Source: Octopus vulgaris
Lineage: Eukaryota
Direction: 5' to 3'
NCBI GenBank assembly: GCA_951406725.2
Contig: OX597816.1
Location: 25,296,001-25,360,000, forward strand
DNA length: 64,000 nt
Part shown: positions 43,036 through 57,392 of the stretch, one piece after another
How positions within the stretch are numbered: position 1 is the first letter of the stretch
Layout: every line of letters starts with the position of its first letter
Program-made: the position numbers and the translations under genes
The notes under the pieces: generated by a model
The model's input: only the letters and a program-made list of their open reading frames with translations
Database searches by the model: none
Told to the model about the DNA's origin: nothing

Positions 43036-46000
43036 TGGTGAGAATTGTTTATGTCGACGCTCAGCTTAACGGTTCAGCAAAGACAGCCAATAGGGCAGGT
43101 ACTAGATAATAAGTAGATGTACGTGGGTGGATTTGCTCCGGTAAACTTTTCAAGGAGGTGTCCCAGCATAGCTAAAGTCCAATGAGGGAAACAAGTAAAA
43201 TATTAAAAATAATACATGCATTATATATAAAAAAATAATACTTGATTTGCATACCTGTCCTATTTTCTTGAATTTAATTTTCAGATAAATTCAGAAGAGA
43301 AATCGTTACCTGTAAATTATAAAGAGTTTTCAGCCACGTACTCTGTCGGGTGGATTACAGTTACCACTAAATGGGGTTTGAAGATCATGTTTGATTGTAG
43401 ACACAGAGTCACTGTTACATTACCACCAATATTTGCCGATCAACTGACTGGAATCTGTGGAGATTGTAACGGAGAAAAAGATGACTTCCGTACAAAATCT
43501 GGTGAAGATGTTTCTCAGAAAGCAAATAAATTTTCTTTAATTGGTGCCAGTTACCAAGTTGAAGATGACAGTGATAAACCCGAAACAAAGTAATGATTAA
43601 TTTCTTTCTCAAACTCCAAAATCAAGAATAAATATTATGTAAATTGTTGATAGTATTTTAAATGCCACAAGAAATATGTAACAGTATTATGTTTAAATAT
43701 GAAGCTTTAGCTGTTTTCACGTTAATCTGTGATTATTCACATTATTTACATTGGACGGATATGTGTCCTGATTTTGTTTGTTGTTACCACAACGTTTCCG
43801 TAGAAGTTTAAACCTTGGTATCTCGTTACAAAGATATTTTTTGCTGATGTTGTTGTTGTTATCATTATTAGTATTATTATTCAAATGAATTGAACTCGCA
43901 ACTTGGAGGTAGTAGCCCTCGCTCTTAACCATTACGCTATATGCCCATGGGCAGTTATTGTTGTTGATTATGTGCTACGTATGTCAGTTGATACCATCTC
44001 TGGCAAGGGCTTGAAATAAAACCAAGAAGAAGTTCCAGACACCCAGCTGAGTACTTGACAGACACTGACTTTGCTGACGACATCGCTCTTATCAGTGATT
44101 CTCTCTCCAATGCCCAGTCTCTTTTACAATCTCTTGAACAAGCCTCAAATTGTGTACGTCTTTACCTCAATGAGGCCAAAACTGAATACATAAACAAGTG
44201 CCTGTCCAACAGTAATTGCATCATCCATACTCTCAACAACGCGCCCTTAAATATGGTTTCTGATTATAAATATCTTGGGTCATACATATCATCATCTGGA
44301 AAAGATTTCTAACTATAAAGGGTATGGCCTGGTCAGCCTGTAATGACATGCATAAGAACTGGTCATCAAATATAAGTAGAGACTTCAAACTTGAAATATT
44401 CAAAGCCACAGTCGAACCAATTCTACTATATGGCTCAGAAACCTGGACGTTATCAAAGAAGCTTGAGAAGCGGTTGGATGGAACCTACACACGCCTCCTT
44501 ATGAGAGCTCAAAATCTCTCGTGGAAGCGCCATCCAACCAAAATGCAAATATATGGGAAATTACCACCTGTGTCATCTCTTGTGAAAGGTAGGAGAGTCC
44601 AGTTTGCTGGACATTGTTGTAGAGCTGAAAAAGAAGTAATTTCTACTCTTCTCCTCTGGAAGCCATCTACTCGCAATACGAGAGGGCGCACACTCTCCTA
44701 CCCTGATGTAATCTCCAGGGATACAGGCATCCAGCAACAGGACCTCCGTAATGCCATGATGGACCGTGAAGTCTGGCGTAGCATGGTAAATTCCATTGTC
44801 TCGACCACGGTCGAACAATGATGATGATGATGAGTTATTGAGTCAGTTTTAGGGGTTATAAAACTAATATAGAACAGCTAATGAGTGAGCTGGCAGAATG
44901 TTTAGAACGTGGCAAAAATGATTAGCGGCATTCCCTTAGGTTCCTTATGTTCTGATTTCGGGATCGATAACATTACCAGTTAAATACGAGATCGATGTTA
45001 TTGATTAGCCCCCCATACCGATAAACGGCTGGTAATATGCCAAAATTTGAAACTATGGTTATTTAAGGTGGTCAGCCATAAATAAAAATAGTTTCCTTTA
45101 CGGCACACATCAAAATGTTTAGTATTATTTCTGTCGGCTTTTTGCGCTCTGCGTTGAAACGTTGACGAAAACATCTTTGATTTTCATCCGTGCAGACTCG
45201 ATAAAGGAAGTAGAAATTGAGCTGGAACCGACTCACTCCATCCTCCCAAACCTCAGATTTTGTGTCTGTCGTAGAAAGAATTATTTATGTTTTAACTTTG
45301 AAAGTTTTCAGTCAAAGGGGAGGAAATGTGTTAAGGAATTTTCGCCGAGGTCGACTTTGCCTTTCATACTTTCAGGGTCGATACATTAAGTACCAGTTGC
45401 ATAATGGAGTCGATTTAATCGATTGGCCCCTTGTCCAAATATTTCGGGCCTTGTACCTAGAGTAGAGAAAGAATTGGATTGTTCTGATCGAGCTGACCTA
45501 CGATCAAAGAATGCGCGCATGTGTGATTTACATATGGTTTGTTTATCTGTTTCTGTTTTTATATATAAGGCAAGAAATGAGTTAACAATCTTAGATGATT
45601 TGGTAAGATTTTAGATGTAGGGAATATTTGACATCTGAAATTTTGTTGTACATCAGACCTTAATTAAAGTAGAGAGATGTGAATCATAATTGATTAACTC
45701 ACCAGTAAGTTTTTACTCAGAAAATACGCATGGTTTATAGTTAGCAAATGAGAAATCATACATCATAACAATTATTCTTACCTTCATCATTTCGCTTTCT
45801 ATTTTTATTTTCAGATGCAAAGTGAATGATGTTAATTCGACTTGTTCAAAGGAGCAGACAAAAGAATGTGATTTCATGAATGACAAAATCTTTGAAGCCT
45901 GCATTGAAAAGATCGGAGCTTCGCATCTAGAAGAATACTTGGAGTCTTGTAGAATCGATGTCTGTAGTTATCACAATGATCCTACGAACAGTTACTCTGT

Positions 46001-49000
46001 TTTCTGTCGAATCATTGAAGGTTTTGCTACAGAATGTGAAAGTGTGGGAATTTTCGTTAATTGGAGAGAAATATCACAATGCCGTAAGATTTACTGATTC
46101 TTTACATTCCTCTAAGAACATGATAAATGGCGCATTACATCTTGATGTGTCCGAGATGAAATTTTGTCGAATTATGTTTTAGTTCTTTTAGAGAACTATG
46201 AAACAATAGTTGCTAAATCCTTCGAATATATATTGTTCGACTGTAGGAATCGAGTTTGGACTTTTAGATAACACTAATTCATAAACTCAAGAAAAAAACT
46301 TTCGATGTCTGATCAGTGAGTATCCGGACTGCTGGTATAGTAACGAAGCCAAAGCAAATATCTGGACCACTCTTACATTTGTGTGCGGTCCGTATACTTT
46401 CTGCAACTTTCCGTCGACCTCGGACCTGGTATCACTATAACAACTTTCTCCGGCATGGTCAATGCGACAATCATATGTTTTCTTACGTCCATTCCGAGAA
46501 CTGCTGTAAACAGCGGAAGTGAGCTAGAACTTTAAAACTTCATGCGCATGCACAACCGAGTCGAAAGTGAATTCTTGCCAGCGGCTTCAGTCTACGTGGT
46601 TTAGCTTCGTTACAATCGGAGCTGTCCGGATACTTATTGATCAGATCTAGTATTTCTGCATGTATATAACGAAGCATAGAATTCTGAAATGCCTCCAAGT
46701 GCATAGTTTAAGAAATTTGCGAATAGATTTCAGCCCTTTGTTAAACAAACCTTACTGAATACGCGACAATTCTTCCTCGATATATTGTAGAGACTTGGTA
46801 GACTTGATTTGTATTTATTAGTATTTAAGTTGAATATTACTTTCGAATTAGATCTATCCCTGTTTCTTGTCTTATACATAAATTTTCAGACAAATATTTG
46901 ATATTTTGATTGATTCTCAAAACATTGCACTGAAGGTTTACATATTATCGTCAGAGTTATTGTGTTCCTCGTAAATATTTTGCTATTTATAAGAAAATAC
47001 CTGTTTGTTATGATTCTCCAATGTATTTTCTTCCAGCAACGAAATGCAAAGAAAATGAAGAGTTCCAATACAAGACTAGCAGCTGTCAACCTTCGTGCGC
47101 TAATAGGTCACCGAATTGCACAGGTTCCAGTCAAGGTTGTGTTTGTAGACAAGGCTTTATTCTGAGTGGTGAACAGTGTGTACCTGAAACAGAATGCGGC
47201 TGTATCGACAACAAGATATATATGAAGGTAAAATATTGTATGAAAACTTGTATACATAAACATACACGCGCGCGGTCACACACACAGACACACACATACA
47301 CAGATAGAAACACATTGGGCTGTATAATAAATACCATTATGCATAAAAGATATAGATAGGTTATTGTTTATTAAATTGATTACTGGACATTTTTGTTGGT
47401 GTTTACTTTCGACCCGATCATCTGGTTACGACGTATACTTCCCTTATATAAAAGCTCTCTGTGTTCTACTAACAGAAATTAAACTAGGAATATCAGTGAT
47501 AGCGTATTCTAATGTATTACCATCCGTGATAAAATAAGGTTTTGAGCTTCAGTCTTAGAAACACCATCAATATTCTACTGGAATATTTTAAAGTTTCATC
47601 AAATGTTCAGTCCATAAATATACACTGGTATAATAAGGTTCTAATTTATTGAATTTTACCTACAGGTTAATGAGGAAATTATATCAGCAGATTGTAAAAC
47701 AAAGAAAATATGTAAACCTGGTAACGAAATCGTAACAGAAGATATCACTCCTTGTGGTGAAAACAGCCACTGCGGAATTGAAAGAGGGAAATATGCCTGT
47801 ATTTGTAACGATAATTTCATTCTTCATAAGGGAAAGTGTGTTCACACTGGTGAGTAAAGATTTTGTAATTATTATTAATGCATTTTCATTGAACTGGTAA
47901 TTCTAGACAAATAATTTGTCTTCAAGTATAATTGTAATATAGGATTATATTACCTCTAATTTTTATGGTTATAGAACGTAGCTGTTCTTTCTAGCGTGTA
48001 GAATTTCTATAAGTGGATTCCTTATGTGTTTAAATATACGCTATATCGTATGACTAATATATAGTCTATTTGACTAAATTTTTTACACGTTAGACCACTG
48101 GAAATGTAAATTTTAATTAATTTCCATTTCCCTTTGTTATGATTAAATATATATATATATATTTACGCACACACGCTAACGCACACACACACACACATAC
48201 CCACATATATATATATACATACATACACTTACACAACAACCTAAGCATTTCCCCGTGTCTTTGTTGCCTGTTCCTATGTCTTTAATCGTTTTCATTTTCC
48301 GTTTTGAAGTTTTGCAAACAGACAAACATTTATATATATATATGCATACACATGCATACACACATACCCACATAAGTACATATATACATACATACATACA
48401 TATATGCCTACATACATACATACATACATACGTACGTACACACATTCATACATACATACACACATACATACATACATACATACATACATACATACATACA
48501 TACGTACGTAAATACATACATACATACACACACACATAGATACATACATGAATACATACATACATACATACATACATACATACATACATACATGCATAGA
48601 TACATACATACATAAATACATACATACATAAGTAAAAAGTTTTTCTTAGGCATGTGACTTAGTCTTCTGTTTTCTTTTCGTTAATCGTTTCCGTATGCCA
48701 TTTTGAAGTTTTATATTTATACACATACATACATTCATACATATCTGCAAATGTCGACATTTTAAAACAAAAAGCGGAATTTTATAACGCCGCCTTGTCA
48801 AAGGCCGGTTATAGGGATAAGGTATCATATATCGATCCGGCCCATGCTAAACTAATATTTACCCATCAAGATAAGATAACTACTAATAATAATATAAATA
48901 ACATAATTAGTGATTTCAGCTCTAGCAACGTCGACACTAATATATTTAAGAAAAATAATTTGCGGACCAGGGGAGGCCATCGTAAACCAAAACCCATTCT

Positions 49001-52000
49001 ACTACACAGAAATACGCCCTTTAATGTAAATGTTAACACTCTGAGCCATTCCAGGAACAAAAAAAAAACTATATCTGGTTTGTGATTCCTTTCGGGAAAC
49101 AAATCAGGTCTAACATCCCTTTACAATTCCGTGAAGCTGTAGCTAAGAATTTTCCTAGGAATTCTAGATATTACTCCAATATAAATTCGCATAAAGTAAG
49201 GATTGCATTCTCAAATACTAAAAATCTATCGCAGATAATAGCCTCCCACAATAATAAGCAGCTAAATAAGGTCTCATCACCCATGAGTAGCGACACCGCC
49301 CTTACCTATTCCAACGTAACATACAATAATAATAATGATAGAAGTAGTATGGATGTTAGCAACATTCATAGCAGCATTGGCGTTAGCAATAGTAATAATG
49401 ATAATAACATTAACCAGATTATTAACAGTGGTGGTGTTAGTGGTAATAGTAACAGCATTCTTAATAACAGTTATATTATTGATGATAGCAATCGCAGCAT
49501 TCCTATAGCCAGGCAATTTGCCGACGATATTACAACTAATAGTAATGATAATAAGATAAATAGTATCATGGCCAAAGCCAGCAACAATTTTTACACCTAT
49601 CACAACAATAAAAACTCTCTCTTAGTATCGGAAACACATACGCAAATATAAAATTTTATTTCAATATCAACAGATGCTTGTCATGGCGGACCTTGCAGAA
49701 ATGGTGCCACATGTCTGAAAGTTGGCAGAGATTTCCAATGTAACTGCGCTCCAGGTTTCCGTGGTAAAACCTGTTCCGAATGTATGTGTACTCTTCTCTT
49801 TACAATTTCGTTACTAAATGTCTTATTGTAAATAAGATAAACAAGTTTTCAGGACAGTAGGATTAGAATAAAAAAGGATAGAAACATTGTGTTTCGCAAA
49901 ACTATTAAAGAAATAGTGCAGTAAAAGAGAAACATGAACCGGCGTAGTTATCAATTTATCATTAACTAAGTTGACTAAGGAAATTGAATTAACAATATGT
50001 CTTATGATTTCTGAAACATCGAAATATATATACTAAATAGTTTATTAAGAAAGCGAGAAGTCATTTATGCATTCACTGATAAAAGCGTAAGTCATAATAT
50101 GATGTGAATAAATATTACATTATTACGTATATATATACAAAATTTAGAGGACTGGTCACTAAAAGTGGACAGCCGATATGCTAGATATAGACAGCATAAT
50201 CGCCATTTTGACGTCTATAGCCCTGAGAAAAGTGAGTAAAAATCTTGAGAAGTACATGGAATAAACGACCGCAATAAATGAGGAGCACTTGCAGAAATCG
50301 GCACTGCTTGGAACTGCTCGAATACTCCGGTTGTCGCTGGAAAAGTAAGAAAGTGAGGTGGATGGTAATGGGTATGAGGTAGATGATGGTGGTGGGGGTA
50401 ACGACGACGATGATGATGATAGACGAATATTTTAAATATACATTTCACGTATGCTGTCATTTCGAAGCATTATTCAGGGGCTTATATTATAATGTTCACA
50501 AGTTTATATAATGAATATTTTCAGCTTCGAAACCATGTATATGTAAAGTGTCTGGTGACCCTCACTACAGAACGTACGATGGACAAATGATACATTTCAT
50601 GGGCACATGCAAATATACACTGGCTACTAATATGGACGGATCGAATAATACCTACTTTTCTGTTGAAGTAAAGAACGAACACCGAGGGAATAACCGTGTA
50701 TCTTACACACGTTTAGTGGATGTCAAACTCACTGGTTTCACAATTCGTCTGTTGCCAGCTAACAAAATCTTGGTACGTACATTTCGTCTCTCTTCACTCT
50801 ATACTTGTGTAAATGTGTAATAACCATCCATAATATTATTTTGCAGGTCGAGTTGTATTTTCGAATGTCACGCTTGTAATAACTGTAACCAAGAAATAAA
50901 TCGAAGATATAATGCAATGAAACAAATTTAAATTGTAGATTTATAATGAAAATTGAATATGGAAGTAAATCAAAGACATAATCGTAGTATTTAACATATG
51001 AAATCAATAACATAATAATGAATATATTTACGTATTAAATTAGATATAAACTCATTCATAGAATGTGGAATTAATCCTCGTTAATACAATATGATTAATG
51101 ACGGATTTTAGCGTTTGCCAAACAAATGAACATAAGAGACCCTCTTCAATTGGTGAGATGCTAACAAACTGTTTTTCAGCGTATCGTATGTAAGCACGTC
51201 ACTAGCTGACATAACGGCTTCTTATTTTCAATAGTCGTCGCTTCCACAAGACACTGTGAGTAATTTATAGATATTTGGCTTTCAGAAGATCTTGATATGT
51301 TATATTTTTTAATGAAAGGAGCGAGGGCTTGTCAATTGCATTATAATCTCCATCCTCTTAAGTATATTCTAAGGTGACCAAATTATAAAGAAAGCCAAAA
51401 GTATTATAGAAGTGATATATTTATTCTGTTCAGATGAGTTTACGTCTACGTAACTTAGCGGTTCGGCAAAAGGTGGACTTACTCTAGTAATCTCTTGAAG
51501 GTGGTGCCCCAGCATGGCCAGAGTCCAATGACTGAAACAAGTAAAATTTTGAAAATAATCCATGATTTATATATAAAGAAAATTACTTGATTTGCATACC
51601 TGTCCTATTTTCTTAAATTTAATTTTCAGATAAATTCCGAAGAGAAATCGTTACCCGTAAGAAATTATAAAGAGTTTTCAACCACATACTCTGTCGGGTG
51701 GATTACAGTTACCACTGAATGGGGTTTGAAGGTGATGTTTGATGGTAGCCACAGAGTCACTGTTACATTACCACCAATATTTGCCGATCAACTGACTGGA
51801 ATCTGTGGAGATTGTAACGGAGAAAAAGATGACTTTCGTACGAAAACTGGTGAAGATGTTTCTCAGAAAGCAAATAAATTTTCTTTAATTGGTGTCAGTT
51901 ATCAAGTTGAAGATGACAGTGATAAACCCGAAACAAAGTAAGTGTTGTTTTAATATCAAGATTTAGCTGTTTTCACGTTAATCTGTAAGCTGGCAGAATA

Positions 52001-55000
52001 TTTGGAGCGTGACAAAAATGAATTGCGGCATTTTCTTGGGCACATAACAATGTGAATTCGGGGTCGATAAAATTACCAGTCAAATAATATGTCGAGGTTA
52101 TCGATTAACCCCTATAAACTAATGGTATGGTGCCAAAATTTGAGAGTATGGTTATTTAAGGAGGTGAGCCTTAAATGATAATAGTTTCAGTTACCGCACA
52201 CATCAAAATGCTTAGAATTATTTCTGTCGGCCCTTTGTGTTCTGCAATGAAACGTCGACGAAACCATCTTTGCTTTTCATCGTTGCAGACTCGATAAAGG
52301 AAGTAGAAATTAAGCTGGAACCGACTTAATGCTCTAAAACCTCAGATTTTGTGCCTGTCGTTTCTGTTTTTATATATAAGGCAAGAAATGAGTTAACAAT
52401 GTTAGATGATTTGGTAACGTTTTAGATGTAGGGAATATTTGACATCTGGAAATAATTAAAGTAAAGAGATTGAATTATAATTGATTAACTCACCAGTAAG
52501 TTTTTACTCAGAAAATACGCATGGTTTCTAGTTAGCAAATGAGAAATCATACATCATAACAATTATTCTTAACTTCATCATTTCGCTTTCTATTTTCATT
52601 TTCAGATGCAAAGTGAATGATGTTAATTCGACTTGTTCAAAGGAAGATACAAACGAATGTGATGTAATGAAGGACAAAATCTTTGAAGCCTGCATTGAAA
52701 AGATCGGAGCTTCGGATCTAGAAGAATACTTGGAGTCTTGTAGAATCGATGTCTGTAGTTATCACAATGATCCTACGAACAGTTACTCTGTTTTCTGTCG
52801 AATCATTGAAGGTTTTGCTACAGAATGCGAAAGTGTGGGAATTTTCGTTAACTGGAGAGAAATATCACAATGCCGTAAGATTTACTGATTCTTTACATTC
52901 CTCTAAGAACAGGATAAATGGCGCATTACATCTTGATGTGTCCGAGATGAAATTTTGTCGAATTATGTTTTAGTTCTGATAGAGATTATAAAATAATAGT
53001 TGCTAAATCCTTCGAATATATATTGTTTGACTGTAGGAATCGAGTTTGGGCTTTTAGATAACACTAATTCATAAACTCAAGGAAAAAAATTTTGATGTCT
53101 GATCAGTGAGTATCCGGACTGTTGCAATAGTAACAAAGCCAAAGCAAATATCTGGACCACTCGTACATTTATGTGCGGTCCGTACACTTTCTGCAACTTT
53201 CCGTCGACCTCTGAGCTGGTATCACTATGACAACTTTCTCTGGCATGGTCAATGCGACAATCATATGTTTCACGCGTCCATTCCGAGAACTGCTGTAAAC
53301 AGAAGAAGTGAGCTAGAACTTTAAAACTTCATGCGCATGCACAACCGAGTCGAAGGTGAATTCTTGCCAAGCGGCTTCAGTCTACGTGGTTTAGCTTCGT
53401 TACAATCGGAGCAGTCCGGATACTTATTGATCAGATCTAGTATTACTGCATGTATATAACGAAGCATAGAATTCTGAAATGCCTCATTCTGAAGTGCATA
53501 GCGTAAGAAATTTGCGTATAGATTTCAGCCCTTTTTTAAACAAACCTTACAGAATACGCGACACAATTCTTCCTCGATATATTGTAGAGACTTGGTAGAC
53601 TTGATTTGTATTTATTAGTATTTAAGTTGATTATTACTTTCGAATTAGATCCATACCTGTTTCTTGTCCTATACATAAATTTTCAGATAAATATTTGATA
53701 CTTTGATTGATTCTCAAAACATTGCACTGAAGGTTTTCATATTATCGACATAGTTATTGTGTTCCTTGTAAATATTTTGCTATTTATAAGAAAATACCTG
53801 TTTGTTATGATTCTCCACTCTATTTTCTTCCAGCGACGAAATGCAAAGAAAATGAAGAGTTCCAATACAAGACTAGCAGCTGCCAACCTTCGTGCGCTGA
53901 TAGAACACCGAATTGCACAGGTTCCAGTCAAGGCTGTGTTTGTAGACAAGGCTTTATTCTGAGTGGTGAACAGTGTGTACCTGAAACAGAATGCGGCTGT
54001 ATCGACAACAAGATATATATGAAGGTAAAATAGTGTATGAAAACTTGTATACATAAACATACACGCGTGCGGTCACACACACAGACACACACATACACAG
54101 ATAGAAATACATTGGGCTGTATAATAAATAGCATTATGCATAAAAGATATAGATAGGTTATTGTTTATTGAATTGATTACTGGACATTTTTGTTGGTGTT
54201 TACTTCCGAACCGATCATCTGGTCACGACGTATACTTCCCTTATATAAAAGCTCTCTGTCTTCTACTAACAGAACTTAAACTAGGAATATCAGTGATAGC
54301 GTATTCTAATGTATTACCATCCGTGATAAAATAAGGTTTTGAGCTTCAGTCTTAGAAACACCATCAATATTCTACTGGAATATTTTAACGTTTCATCAAA
54401 TGTTCAGTCCATAAATATACACTGGTATAATAAGGTTCTAATTTATTGAATTTTACCTACAGGTTAATGAGGAAATTATATCAGCAGATTGTAAAACAAA
54501 GAAAATATGTAAACCTGGTAACGAAATCGTAACAGAAGATATCACTCCTTGTGGTGAAAACAGCCACTGCAGAATTGAAAGAGGGAAATATGCCTGTGTT
54601 TGTAACGAAAATTTCATTCTTCATAAGGGAAAGTGTGTTCACACTGGTGAGTAAAGATTTTGTAATTATTATTAATGCATTTTCATTGAACTGGTAATTT
54701 TAGACAATTAATTTGTTTTCAAGTATAATTGTAATACAGGATTGTATTACCCCTAATTTTTATGGTTATAGAACCTAGCTGTTCTTTCTAGCGTGTAGGA
54801 TTTCTATAAGTGGATTCCTTATATGCTTAAATATACGCTATATCGTATGACTAATATATAGACTTTTTGACTAAATTTTTTACACGTTAGACCACTGGAA
54901 ATGTAAATTTTATTTAATTTCCATTTCCCTTTGACATGATGAAATATATATATATATATATATGTATATACATAATTACGCGCACACACAAACGCACACA

Positions 55001-55008
55001 CACTCACA

Positions 55009-55043
<35 letters not shown>

Positions 55044-57014
55044 CGTACATACACTTACACAACCACCTACGCATATTCATACGTACAGAGATACATGTAT
55101 ATACACTTGCGTCCGAAATTAATTAGCACTTCTCAAATTTCTACATTTTCTTACATTTTCTTAATTTAATTAACTTATTATCAGAAACGAACTCGTTTAT
55201 AATCAAAAATTTATTAAAACATATCCCCGCACACCACATAATTTTTATTAATCGTGAAATTTAGTCAATATCTTGTTGCTCCTCCTTTGGCAGCAATGAC
55301 AGCTGCTACGCGGGTCGGCATGCTGTCTATGAGTGCCTGCAGGTACTGTGCAGGGATGGCCCTCCATGCAGCAAGAAGTGCCCCAAACACCTTGTGTCGG
55401 TTCAGGTCAGGTGACTGGCCAGGCCAGTCCATGACCGTCACCCCATGGTCTTTGAAGAAACCGGTTGTGACCTTGGCTGTGTGGGAAGGCACGTTGTCCT
55501 GCTGGAGCACGTACTCCTCGCCACCAAAGAGGTATCCCGTACTATCTCAACGTACTTTGCTGCGTTGATGTTGCCTTCGACGGCATAGAGCCGCCCAACA
55601 CCACTGTAGCTGAACGCCCCTAACACCATCAGACCACCCCCACCATGCTTCATTGTGAGAGCAATGCAGTCTTTGTTGAAGCGCTCACCCCTGCGGCGTC
55701 GCACATGGACAGGCTTGTCACTGACGAGACTGAATCGCGACTCGTCAGTGACAAGCCTGTCCACCACTGCTGCACGGTCCATGTCTTGTGGGCACGGGCC
55801 CAGAGCAGCCGCCTCTTCCAGTTTTGGGCTGTAAGGAGCGGCTTATGGGCGGCCCTACAGGATTTTAGACCAGCTTCCAGTAATCTGGTCTTGACGGTGG
55901 TTGTGGACAACTGCTTCCCTGTCATCTTTTGCATCTCCTCCGCCAGTTGCCGGCTCGTTGCCCTTCGGTTGTACAGCGACTTTCGGATCAGCATCCGGTC
56001 CTCCCGCTGGGTCGTCAGCCTCTTCCGTCCCCTACCCTTTTTGTCAGCTGCTGATCCGATTTCCTCGTATTTCTTAAATAAGCACTGAATTGTGCGCCTT
56101 GCTACACCAAGTTTTCTGGCTATTGCAGCCTCCGACAGCTTCCCACGCCACGAGAGAGCCTCGTACCGTCTCTCCAAGGTCATGCGAGGTCTTGAGCCAT
56201 CTAGGAATGAACGATAAAAACCAGTTATTTTCATTAAAACTATTCATTTGAATAATGTTATGCTATAACAAAACTGCTATGAGTTATTATTCATTAAACA
56301 AAAAAGAAAGAAAGCAGAATTTCTCACCTTATTTGATGTATAACAGAAAGTTTTGTGAACCAGAAGTGACGTCATCAAGCAGAGTGTAGGAGAATTTGTG
56401 AGGAAAAAAAAATCTTGCAAATACACAAATCAATTAACCTACGAGCTGTTCAAAACGTCTTACGCGATGAGAAAACTTAGTACGGTGTGATTTCGGTCAT
56501 TGCGAGGCGCTACCTATATCTATTAAACAAAGGAAGATTTGTCTGCATCCGCACTCCAAGTTGTTGTTGCACTGCTATGTCAACATCATTAAGCTGTAGA
56601 CTCTCAAACTGCTCTGCAAACAAAGTTACGTCATCGTTCTGCGCAACAGTGAACTCACAACAAAGCAATAGTTCGAGATATGGCCACTAGGTGACAGCAA
56701 ATACCTTGAGTGAAGAGAAAATCAAGGGTGCTAATTAATTTCTGACAGCAGTGTATTCTCTAATGTGTTTCGTTTCCGAAATTATTTATACATTGACGTC
56801 ACATTTGTGCATCACCTTAGTAACATCCCCCGTATTATGGGAGCCTGCAAATGTCCTGCGTCGTGGAAGTTATAGTCTCCGAATTTTAAACGCACCGAAA
56901 TTGCGCGTGCAGTCTTGTCTGCATTGTTGAGGAAAAGATTTCCCCGTGTCTTTGTCTTCGGTTCCTACGTCTTTAATCGTTTTCATTTTCCGTTTTGAAG
57001 TTTTGCACACACAC

Positions 57015-57065
<51 letters not shown>

Positions 57066-57358
57066 CACATGCATACATACCTACATACCCACATAAGTAC
57101 ATACATACATACCCACATAATTACATACATACATACATATATACATACATTCATACATACATACATACATACGTACGCACATACATACATACATACATAC
57201 ATACGTAAATACATACATAGATACATAAGTAAAAAGTTTTTCTTAGGCACGTGACTTAGTCTTCTGTTCCTTTTCTTTAATCGGTTCCATTTTGAAGTTT
57301 TATATTTATACACACACGTAGATACATACATACATACATACATACATACATACATACA

Positions 57359-57392
<34 letters not shown>

